Source: Octopus sinensis (lineage: Eukaryota). Taken from it: a stretch of DNA of 64,000 nucleotides. Within the stretch, counting starts at the first letter, position 1. Each line of letters starts with the position of its first letter. Shown here one piece after another: positions 26,024 to 37,261 of the stretch. The notes beneath the pieces were generated by a model. It saw only the letters and a program-made list of their open reading frames with translations. It was not told where the DNA came from and made no database searches. The stretch spans positions 37,262,001 through 37,326,000 of the forward strand of contig NC_042999.1 in NCBI RefSeq assembly GCF_006345805.1, written 5' to 3'. A program made the position numbers and the translations under genes.

Positions 26024-26123
26024 GATGAGCATCGGAGATGTAATGAAATACTTCGACCTTTTAGACTTGTGCCATCAAGATAAGGAAGCCTTTATAAGCA
26101 GTCTGGAGGACAAAGGAAATCAG
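26024..26123 (+). CDS. CAPN: Calpain exon (end of CysPc)
   Basis: gatag|...|gtatga; 100 nt, phase 2/0; (W)MSIGDVMKYFDLLDLCHQDKEAFISSLEDKGNQ. Confidence 0.95.
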
Positions 26124-27592
26124 GTATGATGAAATTCTTGCTTTGCTTTTCTTTAGATAATTTCGTTATCAACTATCGAAGCTATTTTACAAAAAAAATC
26201 TTTTCACACCAATTAATTATTTAAAAAAACAAACTAATAATTGGTAGTTTTACTAATCTTATATTTATAGAAGTAGTTTGATTGGATGGTTGAGAAGTTG
26301 GCTTCGCAATCCGAAATTCCTGAATTTGAACCCACTGTGTGGCATCTTGGACAGGTGTTTTATATTTTAGCTTCCGGCCTACCTGAGCTTGTGAATGAAA
26401 TTTGGTTGACGGAAACTGAGTTGTAAATCCTTTGGGGTGGATTGCATCTGTAATTAACACCCAGCGTTTTTATCGGCACTGTGTTACACTGACTCTGCTC
26501 CAGAACCACTTTAACGGGAAATGTTCAGTTATTGTGAAATACTCAGTCATTTACATGCTTATTTAATGAGCAAGGTAGTTTTATTTCTTTATTACCCACT
26601 AGGGGCGACACAGAAAAAAAAACACTACAACACATTGGGGACATAGAACAAATTAAAATTATGGGAAATGAATTTTAAATGAAAATGATAGTATGAAAGC
26701 GATGCTAACGGCCCCATCCGCCAGCACCACTTACCTGTCCTTCATTACCCATCTCCAATCCAAAGTCCTTCCTTTCTTATCGTTCTCTTCGTCTTCCCTT
26801 CGTACTCCTTTATCAACTCATCTGAAACTGTCGCCTTCGTCACTGTTATGTCCTCGTTCACACACACACCCATCATTGCATCCATCAGCTCACACGCCAC
26901 CACCGCGACACTCTCATTTCCTCTCTCATACCATGCCTCTTCACCCAGTCCTTCTTTCAAATCCCCAGCGCCTCCTCCCCTTAAAATACATAAAAAATGG
27001 GTCTTGGGGCCTTGAGCAAGGTAGTTTAGTTGATGGAACAACTGAAAACTCGTTTGTAATTGAGGTACACTATTTTGCTTATGTTTGTTCAAAAGGGATC
27101 AAAAATAGCAAAATCTTGCGAAATTTCGAATGTTTGAGCAGAAAATGAACATTTAAAAACCTGAATTTAATTGAAAACATTTGTTTTTTTTTTAATCATT
27201 TATTATACTTCCGAAGGCAGTGAGCTTGCAGAATCGTTAGCATGACGGACAAAGTGCTTTGCGGCATTTCGTCCGTCTTCACGTTCTGAATTCAAATTCC
27301 GCCGAGGTCGACTTTGCCTTTCAGAGTAGACAAAATAAGTGCTATTAAAGTAATGGGGTCAATATAATCGACTCGGCCCCACCCCTCAAAAACTGCCAGC
27401 CCTGAGCCAAAGTTTGAAACAATTATTTACTATACTTCTAATTGATGCGTTTTTCTTTTAAAAAAATCATATATTGGCCCCAGGATCTTGTTATGATAAT
27501 CAAAATACATAAAGGATGATACACTGGAGTAATTCTTAGTTACTTTTCTTCGGATAGCTATGGAAGGGAATGGTAAAGATATATTCTGAAGG

Positions 27593-27893
27593 GGATCTTT
27601 ACCTTTTGACCTACAGATTAAAAAAATTATTTTTTGTAAGTAAACACTTTCAAACTTCGGACACTGGTAGAATGTGTCATATAAAACATGTTTTGCTCTT
27701 GAAATTACCGAAATACAAGAGCTTTAAGGTGAAATAACTAAGTAAATATAAATATAAATATAAATATAAGTTTTTCTCAAAAATGCAAAGAGTAAAACAT
27801 GTTTTATATGACACATTCTACCAGTGTCCGAAGTTTGAAAGTGTTTAGTTACCAAAAATAATTTTTTAAATCTGTCGGTCAAAAGATAAAGAT
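27593..27893. mobile_element. Long-TIR MITE (GGATCTTT termini family)
   Basis: GGATCTTTACCTTTTGACCTACAGAT...ATCTGTCGGTCAAAAGATAAAGAT. Confidence 0.8.
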
Positions 27894-28094
27894 ATATTCT
27901 GAAGGTTACAATCAAGACTCGAAATCGAATCGCAGACTCAGCAGGACGTAATCTTACTTTCAAATGTACAAGGCTTTTTAATCATTGTTGTTGTCTGATT
28001 TTATTAGAAAGGTTCAGAGGCGTTATCCACATGAAGAAGAAAAAACAACAACAACAAAACAATAGTTAAATTATTGCTAATATATTGAATGCAA

Positions 28095-28408
28095 GTGGAG
28101 GCGCAATGGCCCAGTGGTTAGGGCAGCGGACTCGCGGTCGGAGGATCGCGGTTTCGATTCCCAGACCGGGCGTTGTGTGTGTTTATTGAGCGAAAACACC
28201 TAAAAGTTCCACGAGGCTCCGGCAGGGGGTGGTAGCGACCCCTGTTGTATTCTTTCGCCATAGCTTTCTTTCACTCTCTCTTCCTGTTTCTTGAGTAACG
28301 CTGCGATGGACTGGCGTCCCGTCCAGCTGGGGGGAACACATACGCTACAGAAACCGGGAAACCGGGCCCATGAGCCTGGCTAGGCTTGAAAAGGGCGACG
28401 TTTATCTT
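28095..28408 (+). mobile_element. tRNA(Arg)-like SINE, tail type 2
   Basis: Head nearly identical to 8190, tail GATGGACTGGCGTCCCGTCCAG..; TSD TATTGAATGCAAG. Confidence 0.9.
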
Positions 28409-28723
28409 TATTGAATGCAAGGAGGCATCATGGCTGAATACATAAGAAGTTCACTATGCAATCGTAGGTTCTATTTCAATGCATCGCATCGTGGGAAGAT
28501 ATATTTTCTTATTGTCTCCTGTCGAACCAAAACTTGTGAGTGAAATTGGATTGACAAGAACTGCGTGGAAGTCCGTCGGCGGCCTGAAGCTCAAGCCCCT
28601 AAAATTGTGACACACACACTGTGTCATGCTGATTCTCTCTGAGATTACACTAGTGACATACGTATCTCTGGAATACTCAGCCACTAATGCAATGAGTAAA
28701 TGTTCGTCTTCGAAACCGACGAG

Positions 28724-29045
28724 GGATCTTTTCAATCTCAGTCACAGAATTTTTTAATTATTACTTTTTAACTAAACAGTCTGAAACTCCAGATACTGGT
28801 TGAATGTGTCACGTAAAACAACACGGTTTACTCTTAACGTTTTTGACAAAATTTTGTATTTTAGAAGTTATTTCGTGTTAAAGCTGTCGTATTTGGGTAA
28901 TTTTAACCAATCATTGACGTGTATTCAGCTGAAGAAAGTTACTGCTGTTTGCGAAAGTAATGGAAGAGCAACAACATCCAGGTCATCTGTTTTGGACGCT
29001 GCATACATATACGTACATGTATACGTACACACACACACACCAATG

Positions 29046-29084
<39 letters not shown>

Positions 29085-29738
29085 TCATATGTAAAGCTGA
29101 TAAAACCCCAAATGGAAGCAAGGAACAGGAGAGGGTTTAATAAATTAATATGCAGTGGTAGGGGGTTGGTAAGATTATATAAGTTGTTCAGATCGTCAAC
29201 ACACCACCACTCTCTCCGTTCTCTCTCTCTACGATTTGCTGGAAATAACAGCCAAATCTCCCTCAATATCACACGCTAACATTATATAAACGAGAGGACA
29301 CATTGGATAAGGTGGAAAAATACACACGCACACACAAACATATGTATTCCCTATAAAAGAACTTTCTGTTGTTTTTCACCCATTACTTATAAAAGAACTT
29401 TCTGTTTTTCTCACCCACCTTTCTTATCTTTTATACTTTTCTCCCACCTCTCTCTCTCTCTCGCTCTTTTTCATGAGCAGATGACCCGGAAGTTGTAGCC
29501 CTTCTGTTACTTTCGCAAGCAGCAGTAACTTTCTTCAGTTGAATACACATCATTGATTGGTTAAAATTACCCAAATACAACAGCTTTAACACGAAATAAC
29601 TTCTAAAATACAAAATTTTGTCAAAAACGTTAAGAGTAAACCGTGTTCTACGTGACACATTCAACCAGTATCCGAAGTTTCAAACTGTTTAGTTAAAAAA
29701 ATTAATTAAAAAGTCTGTGACTGAGATTGAAAAGATCC
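28724..29738. mobile_element. Long-TIR (about 270 bp) non-autonomous DNA transposon with 8-bp TSD
   Basis: CCGACGAG|GGATCTTTTCAATCTCAGTCACAGA...TCTGTGACTGAGATTGAAAAGATCC|CTGACGAG; arms give the mirrored ORFs 28800+ and 29664-. Confidence 0.9.
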
Positions 29739-29777
29739 CTGACGAGGATCCATTTACTACGGAGGGTAAGCGCTAAG

Positions 29778-30625
29778 CAGTGATAAATGAAATTGTAATG
29801 TTATCTGTCCTAATATGCTTGATGCACGTTCGAGCTGGGGAACAAGTTACTCACTGCGTTTTGTCACGGAGAATATTTCTCGCTCGCTGACAAATGGTGT
29901 ATATACACCTAGATCAGTTCGCAGCGCCACCTATCTAGACTGTGAGATGTTCACATTTCGGAGTAGTTGTCTCCTCATCGGTCACAGACATTAAGCAGAC
30001 GACATTGCATCAAGCATATTTGGACTGATAACATTACAATTTCACTTATCACTGTTCCGCGTTCCCCCTCCCTAATTTACTTACGGTGAGCCGCCGTATA
30101 GCGCTGCCAGTCACCGTACGGTGACTGTAAAAGCATAAGAGAGGCAATCTCTTTATTCAGCTTGCAGTGTCGTCTGCTTAGTGTCTGTGATCGATGAGGT
30201 GACAACTGCTCTGAAATGTTAACATCTTACAGTCTGTAGGTGGCGCTGCGAGCTGATCTAGGTGTACACACACCATTTGTCAGTAAGCGAGATATATTAT
30301 TTCATTATTGCCCACAAGGGGCTAAACAGAGAAGGGACAAACAAGGACAGACAAACGGATTAAGTCGATTACATCGACCCCAGTGCGTAACTGGTACTTA
30401 ATTTATCGACCCCGAAAGGATGAAAGGCAAAGTGAGATAAGGACAGACAAACGGATTAAGTCGATTACATCGACCCCAGTGCGTAACTGGTACTTAATTT
30501 ATCGACCCCGAAAGGATGAAAGGCAAAGTGAGATATATTCCCCGTGACAAAACGCAGTCAGTAGCTTGTTCTCTAGTTCGAACGTGCATCAAGTATATTC
30601 GAACTGATAATAATATTGCCATTTT
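29778..30625. mobile_element. Fold-back element with nested inverted repeats (mariner-like subterminal motif)
   Basis: Arm 29778-30009 is inverted at 30165-30625 (interrupted by a SINE fragment); extra inverted copy at 30010-30055; CAGCGCCACCTA motif. Confidence 0.8.
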
Positions 30626-31399
30626 CTACGTTACTTTTACTTTTTAATGGAGGAGGCATTTAAAAATAATCTATATCAATGACTAGTATTGGTATCATTT
30701 TCTCCTCTCTGAAAATACAGATATATTCCGGTTTTATTATTGCCTCATCAACGAAAGTTTGGCATTTATTGTAATTGCTCATACAGTGTTGGAGAAATTT
30801 CTAAGTGAATATACAATATTGAATATTTGGTTGATGTCGGAAGATAAAATTCTCAAGACATTAAATGGTTCAAAAACGTCATTTGCATGAAAAATGATAT
30901 TAATCAATGACTCATATTGTATTTTTCTCACAGTACAATTATATTTTTTGTTAGCTTTTTAATATTGTCTGTATTAGATATGTTAACTATTGATTTAGTT
31001 ATCGTTTTTTTTTTTTTTTACATATAAACCAGTCTTCATTTTCGATTACTTTAATTTTCTCTTTCGAACTGCCCCTTATAGATTTCAGCAGATATCAATA
31101 TTTATTGAACTAAACGTTACAATTAAAACAAAATTATTTAAAATTTTATTCAATGTCACGTCTACTGAGATTGAGATTTAAAAGAAACACGTCTCAATCC
31201 GTGGTATAATGGAGCTGAGCTTATATAAGACTATCTGTATGTACAACTGAAACACTATTAGCTCTTCCCGCTTTCGCTTATCAACCATATCCTAACCTTT
31301 TAACGTTCAGATTACTCTGTCAAACAAAATGCTTATATATTCAAATTGGTTTGAATTAACCATGCATTATCTCGTAGCTTCAAAATTTCCATGATGTAT

Positions 31400-31830
31400 T
31401 GGTCTGTCAGATAAATTCGTTACTTCTTCCTCTTATTTTTAATTGACATTTCTAACAAATCTGTCAATTCTATATTCTTCATTGTTCATGACTTCTTGCC
31501 AACGTTCTATTAGTTTATCAATGCCTTCGCAGTAGGAATCACCTGGTCTTGACTCAAAGAATTCATCAGGCTTCGTTTTCAGCTCCACGTCGTTGTTGAA
31601 CGAAATGCTTCGCAGACTGTTGGAGAGCGAGCGAAAATGGTGGTAATCTGAAGGCACTTTATCAGGGAGCGGTAGAATTAGCTACTTTGGAACCTTGGTT
31701 GATAGTGAAAAGAAGCAAGTGTCAAAAATGCTCATTTTTGTTTTTACTGTTTGGCACTACATCGCCATGTGTCTAAAAAGAGGTAAAATTTATTCAAATC
31801 CCAAAAGCGATAGACAAAATTTGTAGAGGA
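31400..31830 (-). mobile_element. Internally deleted mariner remnant
   Basis: ORF 31439-31657 PSDYHHFRSLSNSL..FF..Y.EGIDKLIERWQEV is a mariner C-terminus. Confidence 0.85.
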
Positions 31831-32539
31831 AGAATACAGCTACAAAAAAAGAAGAAATTAATACTCTACGATAAAAATCTTTTCCTGTTCATTCAAATGA
31901 CATTGGAAAGGAACGAACGAATTTATCTGACAAGCTAAGAATTTATGAGAGAAAACCCCCGAATGGCCAGGACTGAAACTTCTTTCGTCATAGATTTGTT
32001 AAATTAGGGCTGACCTGGTGGGACAAGCAACAATAACAAAAACAACCAAGTTTACATCGAAACATCAAAAGAAGACATGCATTGTCATTCAACCTGCTAG
32101 ACAAATTTGGCAGCCAGCTTTCTCCACACATCAGAGCTTATCGTTTCAACGTAGTCCTGAATATTTATCTTTATTTTCTTACTTCTTTCAGGCGTTAAAC
32201 TGCAGCTATGCTGGGCCACCGCTTAAAAAATCTTAGTCGAACGAATCGACTCAAGTACTTATTTTTTAAAAATAAACCTGTACTTATTATATCAGTTTCT
32301 TTTACCGAACCGCTAAATTATTGGGACGTAAACACACCAATGTCGGTTGTCAAGTGGTGGTGGTGGTGGGCAAACACAAGCACCAAGACGTATACACACA
32401 CACATAAATGTGTGTGTATGTATATATATATATATATATATATATAAAGGGAAAGTTTACGAAAATAAACAAAATACGAAGGCAGGTGGAGTACAAACAA
32501 ACAAATGTATTAGTATAGCGCTCAGGAATAGAAAAAAGT

Positions 32540-32576
32540 TTTTTACGTTTCGAGCCTACGCTCTTCGACAGAAAGA
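32540..32576 (-). ncRNA. Hammerhead-like motif with variant core (CUGUCGAA)
   Basis: TCTTT-CTGTCGAA-GAGC(GTAG)GCTC-GAAAC-GT-A-AAAA; palindromic ACGT stem III. Confidence 0.45.
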
Positions 32577-32832
32577 TACACAGAAAAAAAAAATATATAC
32601 ATATATATGTATATATACATACATTGATGTAGAATGTTGTAAAGTTTTCTCATATCGAAGTTCGATAAGCTGAAAGAAGTTATTTTATAGTTCATGGTTA
32701 GCATCTAGGATTGCTATGAATGGAAATAAAAATTAAAATTGAGGGAATAGAGGAGGTCAAACCCAGGCTACATGTGTATTTTCGCTAGTCACATCTGCTA
32801 CGAATTAACACGGGATCCCTTGATGACAATGT

Positions 32833-33216
32833 GGAAGCACTCCGTCGGTTACGACGACGAGGGTTCCGGTTGATCCGATCAACGGAACAGCCTGCTCGTG
32901 AAATTAACGTGTAAGTGGCTGAGCACTCCACAGACACGTGTACCCTTAACGTAGTTCTCGGGGATATTCAGCGTGACACAGAGAGTGACAAGGCCGGCCC
33001 TTTGAAATACAGGTACCAACAGAAACAGGAAGTAAGAGTGAGAGAAAGTTGTGGTGAAAGAGTACAGCAGGGATCACCACCATCCCCTGCCGGAGCCTCG
33101 TGGAGCTTTAGGTATTTTCGCTCAATAAACACTCACAACGCCCGGTCTGGGAATCGAAGCCGCGATCCTATGACCGCGAGTCCGCTGCCCTAACCACTGG
33201 GCCATTGCGCCTCCAC
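32833..33216 (-). mobile_element. tRNA(Arg)-like SINE, tail type 1
   Basis: TSD TGATGACAATGT at 32821-32832 and 33217-33228. Confidence 0.9.
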
Positions 33217-33251
33217 TGATGACAATGTAACCTTCATTTAACTAAAATATC

Positions 33252-33340
33252 TTTGACCTGATGAGAAGCTACTGGAATACCCCTCGTTGAGTAATTATTA
33301 CTTCCGAGGTTCTGCTGGCTAAGAAACATATGTAGCCTGG
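33252..33340 (+). ncRNA. Degenerate hammerhead-like motif
   Basis: CTGATGA..long stem II (CCTCG/CGAGG)..GAAA-CATATG-TA; closing G-C of stem II is lost and stem I is weak. Confidence 0.3.
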
Positions 33341-33574
33341 ATTTTACCTTCTCCATTCCCTCAGTTGATTTTTATTCGCATTCATAGCTACCTCAGATGC
33401 TAACCGTGAACTATAACATACCCTTTTCAGCTTATTGAACTTTGATACGGGAAAAACCTACAACCTTCTACGCCAATAAACTATTATTGTTGGTGGAAGT
33501 TATCATTAGGTTCCATGCAGTGGGACTGAACTCATAACCATGTGGTTGCTAAGCAAACTTCTTACCACACTGCC

Positions 33575-33889
33575 ACACCTATATATATATATACATACAT
33601 ACACACACACATACACACATATATATATACTATATAATCATGTACTATATATATGTACATATATATATACATATATATATATATACATATATATATGTAC
33701 ATATGACATCTACATATATGTATATATCTATATATATATACATATATATATGTACATATGTCATATATACATAATATATATGAACTATGTACATATATAC
33801 ATATATATATGTACATATGTACATATATAAATATATGTACATATATATATACATATATACATATATTTTTATATATATAGGTATGTATG

Positions 33890-33927
<38 letters not shown>

Positions 33928-34006
33928 GGTATAGATATATATATATATATATATAATGTTGTATATCTATATATATATATATATATATATATCATATATA
34001 TATATG

Positions 34007-34089
<83 letters not shown>

Positions 34090-34165
34090 ATATATATATA
34101 ATATCTATATATATATATATATATGTGTGTATATCTAATATCTATATATATATATATTATATATA

Positions 34166-34243
<78 letters not shown>

Positions 34244-34262
34244 ATATATAATATAGATATAT
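33575..34262. repeat. Complex (TA)n/(TACA)n microsatellite
   Basis: About 690 bp, visible. Confidence 0.95.
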
Positions 34263-35068
34263 CTATCCGTTAGAGTTCTATGTGTGTGCGTGTGTGTGTA
34301 CATGTGTACATACATACATACATAAAAAGAGATAATAGCTATATCCTATAAACTCGGAGAAAATGTCCGAAGTATGGCGTTTCTCCAAGTTCTAGAAATG
34401 GAAACTATCACTGATTAAAACCTATAACATTTTCTTTTATTCAAAACGAATTTCATAAATATTCATAAAATATATTTATGAATATAAACTATTCAAAGGG
34501 CATTTCTCTATTATTTTTTCATCACTGAAACAAGAATAATTTTGTTTTGTGTCATCTACTTTCAGAATTTATTGTAGCGCATGGCCAGTTGGTTAAGTAA
34601 CTGCGTTGTTGATCATAAGGTCGAGGGTTCATATCTCAGTGAAGTCGTTGATCATAAGCTCGAAGTTTGATATGTCAGTGAAGTTGTTGATCTTAAGGTC
34701 GTGAATGTACGATGAATTTTCTTTGGTAATTAATCTTGTAATCGTTAGAACGCCGGGCAAAATGCTTAGCGGTGTCTCGACCGGCTTTCCGTTCTGGGTT
34801 TAAATCCCGCTAAAGAAAGCGCGTTGTATACTTGGGCAAACCGCTTTACCTTCTGCCGTTCCACTTCACTCAACTGACAAAAATTAGTGTTATAAATGGT
34901 TGGTGCCCTGTTAGAATGGCAGCGTAAATGAATCAGTGGCATGACCCAAAACCTTCAGACAAAGAACGGTATACGTTCTGCAACAGTAGGGTGTTGCTAT
35001 ATCCTGTTTTTATTCTCCCAGTAGTTTTTAAAGAGAAAATTAAAGTTAAACTGTGATCATCATTTCAG

Positions 35069-35150
35069 GAAAAGAAAGATTGGAATACAGCCAGTTATAT
35101 AGACAGTTGGAAGCGGGACATTTCCAGCGGCGGTTCAGAGAGAAAGACAG
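35069..35150 (+). CDS. CAPN: Calpain exon (start of C2-like domain III)
   Basis: tttcag|...|gtaata; 82 nt, phase 0/1; EKKDWNTASYIDSWKRDISSGGSERKT matches W.....G.W....AGG. Confidence 0.93.
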
Positions 35151-35159
35151 GTAATAATA

Positions 35160-35556
35160 TTTTCTACTATAAGCACAAGAGCTGAAATTTGGGGGAGGGG
35201 GGTAAGTGGATTACATCGACCCCAGTACTCAGCTGGTACTTATTTAATCGACCTATAAAGGATGAAAGGCAAAGTTGACTCCGGCGGAATTTGAACTCAG
35301 AACGTAGCGGCAGACGAAATACCTATTTCTTTATTACCCACAAGGGGCTAAACACAGAGAGGACAAACAAGGACAGACAAACGGATTAAGTCGATTATAT
35401 CGACCCCAGTGTGTAACTGGAACTTATATAATCGACCCCGAAAGGATGAAAGGCAAAGTCGATCTCGGCAGAATTTGAACTCAGAACGTAAAGGCGGACG
35501 AAATATCGCCAAGCATTTTGCCCGGCGTACTAACGATTCTGCCAGCTCGCTACCTT
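35160..35556 (-). mobile_element. Family-M SINE dimer 9 nt downstream of an exon donor
   Basis: TSD AGACA(G/A)GTAATAAT at 35145-35158 and 35567-35580. Confidence 0.85.
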
Positions 35557-36090
35557 CCTGAAAGGCAGACAAGTAATAATGAGATTATACTTAAACCTCC
35601 ACTCAAACTTAAATCCCGTAACAAAACTAACAAATCTTTTTTGTTCTTCTTGCATTAATTAATTGGTTTCAAATTTTGGCACAAGGCCAGCAAGTTCGTG
35701 GATTAGTGGTGGTAGAATAAGACGATTAGATCAACCCCAATGTTCAACTGGTACTTATCTTGTCGACCCCAAAAGGATGAAAAGCAAAGTTGACTATGCT
35801 AACGATTCTGCCTGCTAACCGCCTTCACAACATTAAATATTGATTTCAAATTTTGGCACAAGGTTAGCAGTTTCGGGCGGTGGGGAAAGTCGATTATATC
35901 GAGCCCAGTGCTGAAATGGTATTTATTCTATTGACCCCGAAAAGATGAAAGGTAAAGTCAACCTCGGCGGAATTTGAACTCAGAACGCAGAGACGGACGA
36001 AATGTCACTGAACATTTTCTCGGCGTCCTAACGATTCTGCCAGCTCGCCACCTTTATACAATAAAAATATTTAAAGAAAAGAAACAACTA

Positions 36091-36252
36091 CAGTAATCCC
36101 TCGACTTTCGCGGGTGTTACGTTCCAACCCCCCCCCCCCCCGCGATAGGTGAAAATTCGCGAAGTAGAAATAGTACTGTATTGTATATTTTTAAAATTAT
36201 TTTCATAATTTGTATATATTTATTTTATTATAAATATGGTGAGGGATTACTG
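36091..36252. mobile_element. Tigger/pogo-type MITE
   Basis: TA|CAGTAATCCCTC...GAGGGATTACTG|TA. Confidence 0.85.
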
Positions 36253-36700
36253 TATTTATGCTTAGGTCTCCCTCTTCCTTAAATTTCATACAAACAGGCT
36301 CACTCGAGTGAAAGGTAATATCCAACAACAGTAAGGCCAATGGCCCACCAGTCCAGAAGGTCCCATCTGTTTATTTATTTTAGGTAGATCCACCATTCAC
36401 TGCTAGCTTGCCAAGCCTGTCACAACATTATTAATTTTTGCTGAGGTGACGAGAACAATATGGAATGAAGTGTTTTGTTCAAGAACACAACACATCGACT
36501 GGTCCAGGAATCAAAACCACAATATTAGGCTCACGAGTCCAATACCCTAACCACTAAGCCACGAGCCTCTGCTCTCACTCGACTATCTGTTATAAAGTAA
36601 CTCACAAACCTGCTCTATCCTATGTCCCGTAGTTACACTGTCTCTGCTTTTCTACTGCTACTATCATGGCGTCTGTTTATCAGTATTGGCTACACTCATA

Positions 36701-36925
36701 CCTATTTCTTTATTACCCACAAGGGGCTAAACACAGAGGGGACAAACAAGGACAGACATAGGTATTAAGTCGATTACATCGACCCCAGTGCGTAACTGGT
36801 ACTTAATTTATCGACCCCGAAAGGATGAAAGGCAAAGTCGACCTCGGCGGAATTTGAACTCACAACGTAACGACAGACGAAATACGGCTACGCATATCGC
36901 CCGGTGTTTCTGCCAGCTCGCCGCT
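36701..36925 (-). mobile_element. Family-M SINE monomer, young tail
   Basis: TSD TACACTCATA on both sides. Confidence 0.88.
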
Positions 36926-37198
36926 ACACTCATATCATCTCCATGCGACTATTCATAACCTTCTCTTATCACTTTTGACACGTCTGCCCCAGTCTCTCGT
37001 ACGAATCACCGCATCCAGTCACTTCCTTCGTAGAAAGTCTAAAATTTACTCACTGCTCATGTCTTTCCTCGCAGGAAATATTCGAGAACGTTAATAACAA
37101 TAATATGCTGGTCTCTGAAAGCCTGCGAAGGCTGTGGGCATAGCCACCTGCAAGTCTATATATGTGTGTGTATGTGTGCGTATACGTACACACACACA

Positions 37199-37254
<56 letters not shown>

Positions 37255-37261
37255 GTTTATA

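Noticed and set aside
26693-27148. Overlapping 151-aa and 115-aa ORFs
   Set aside because: Strand-biased CT-rich tract, probably a decayed retroelement; no recognisable motif or splice sites.
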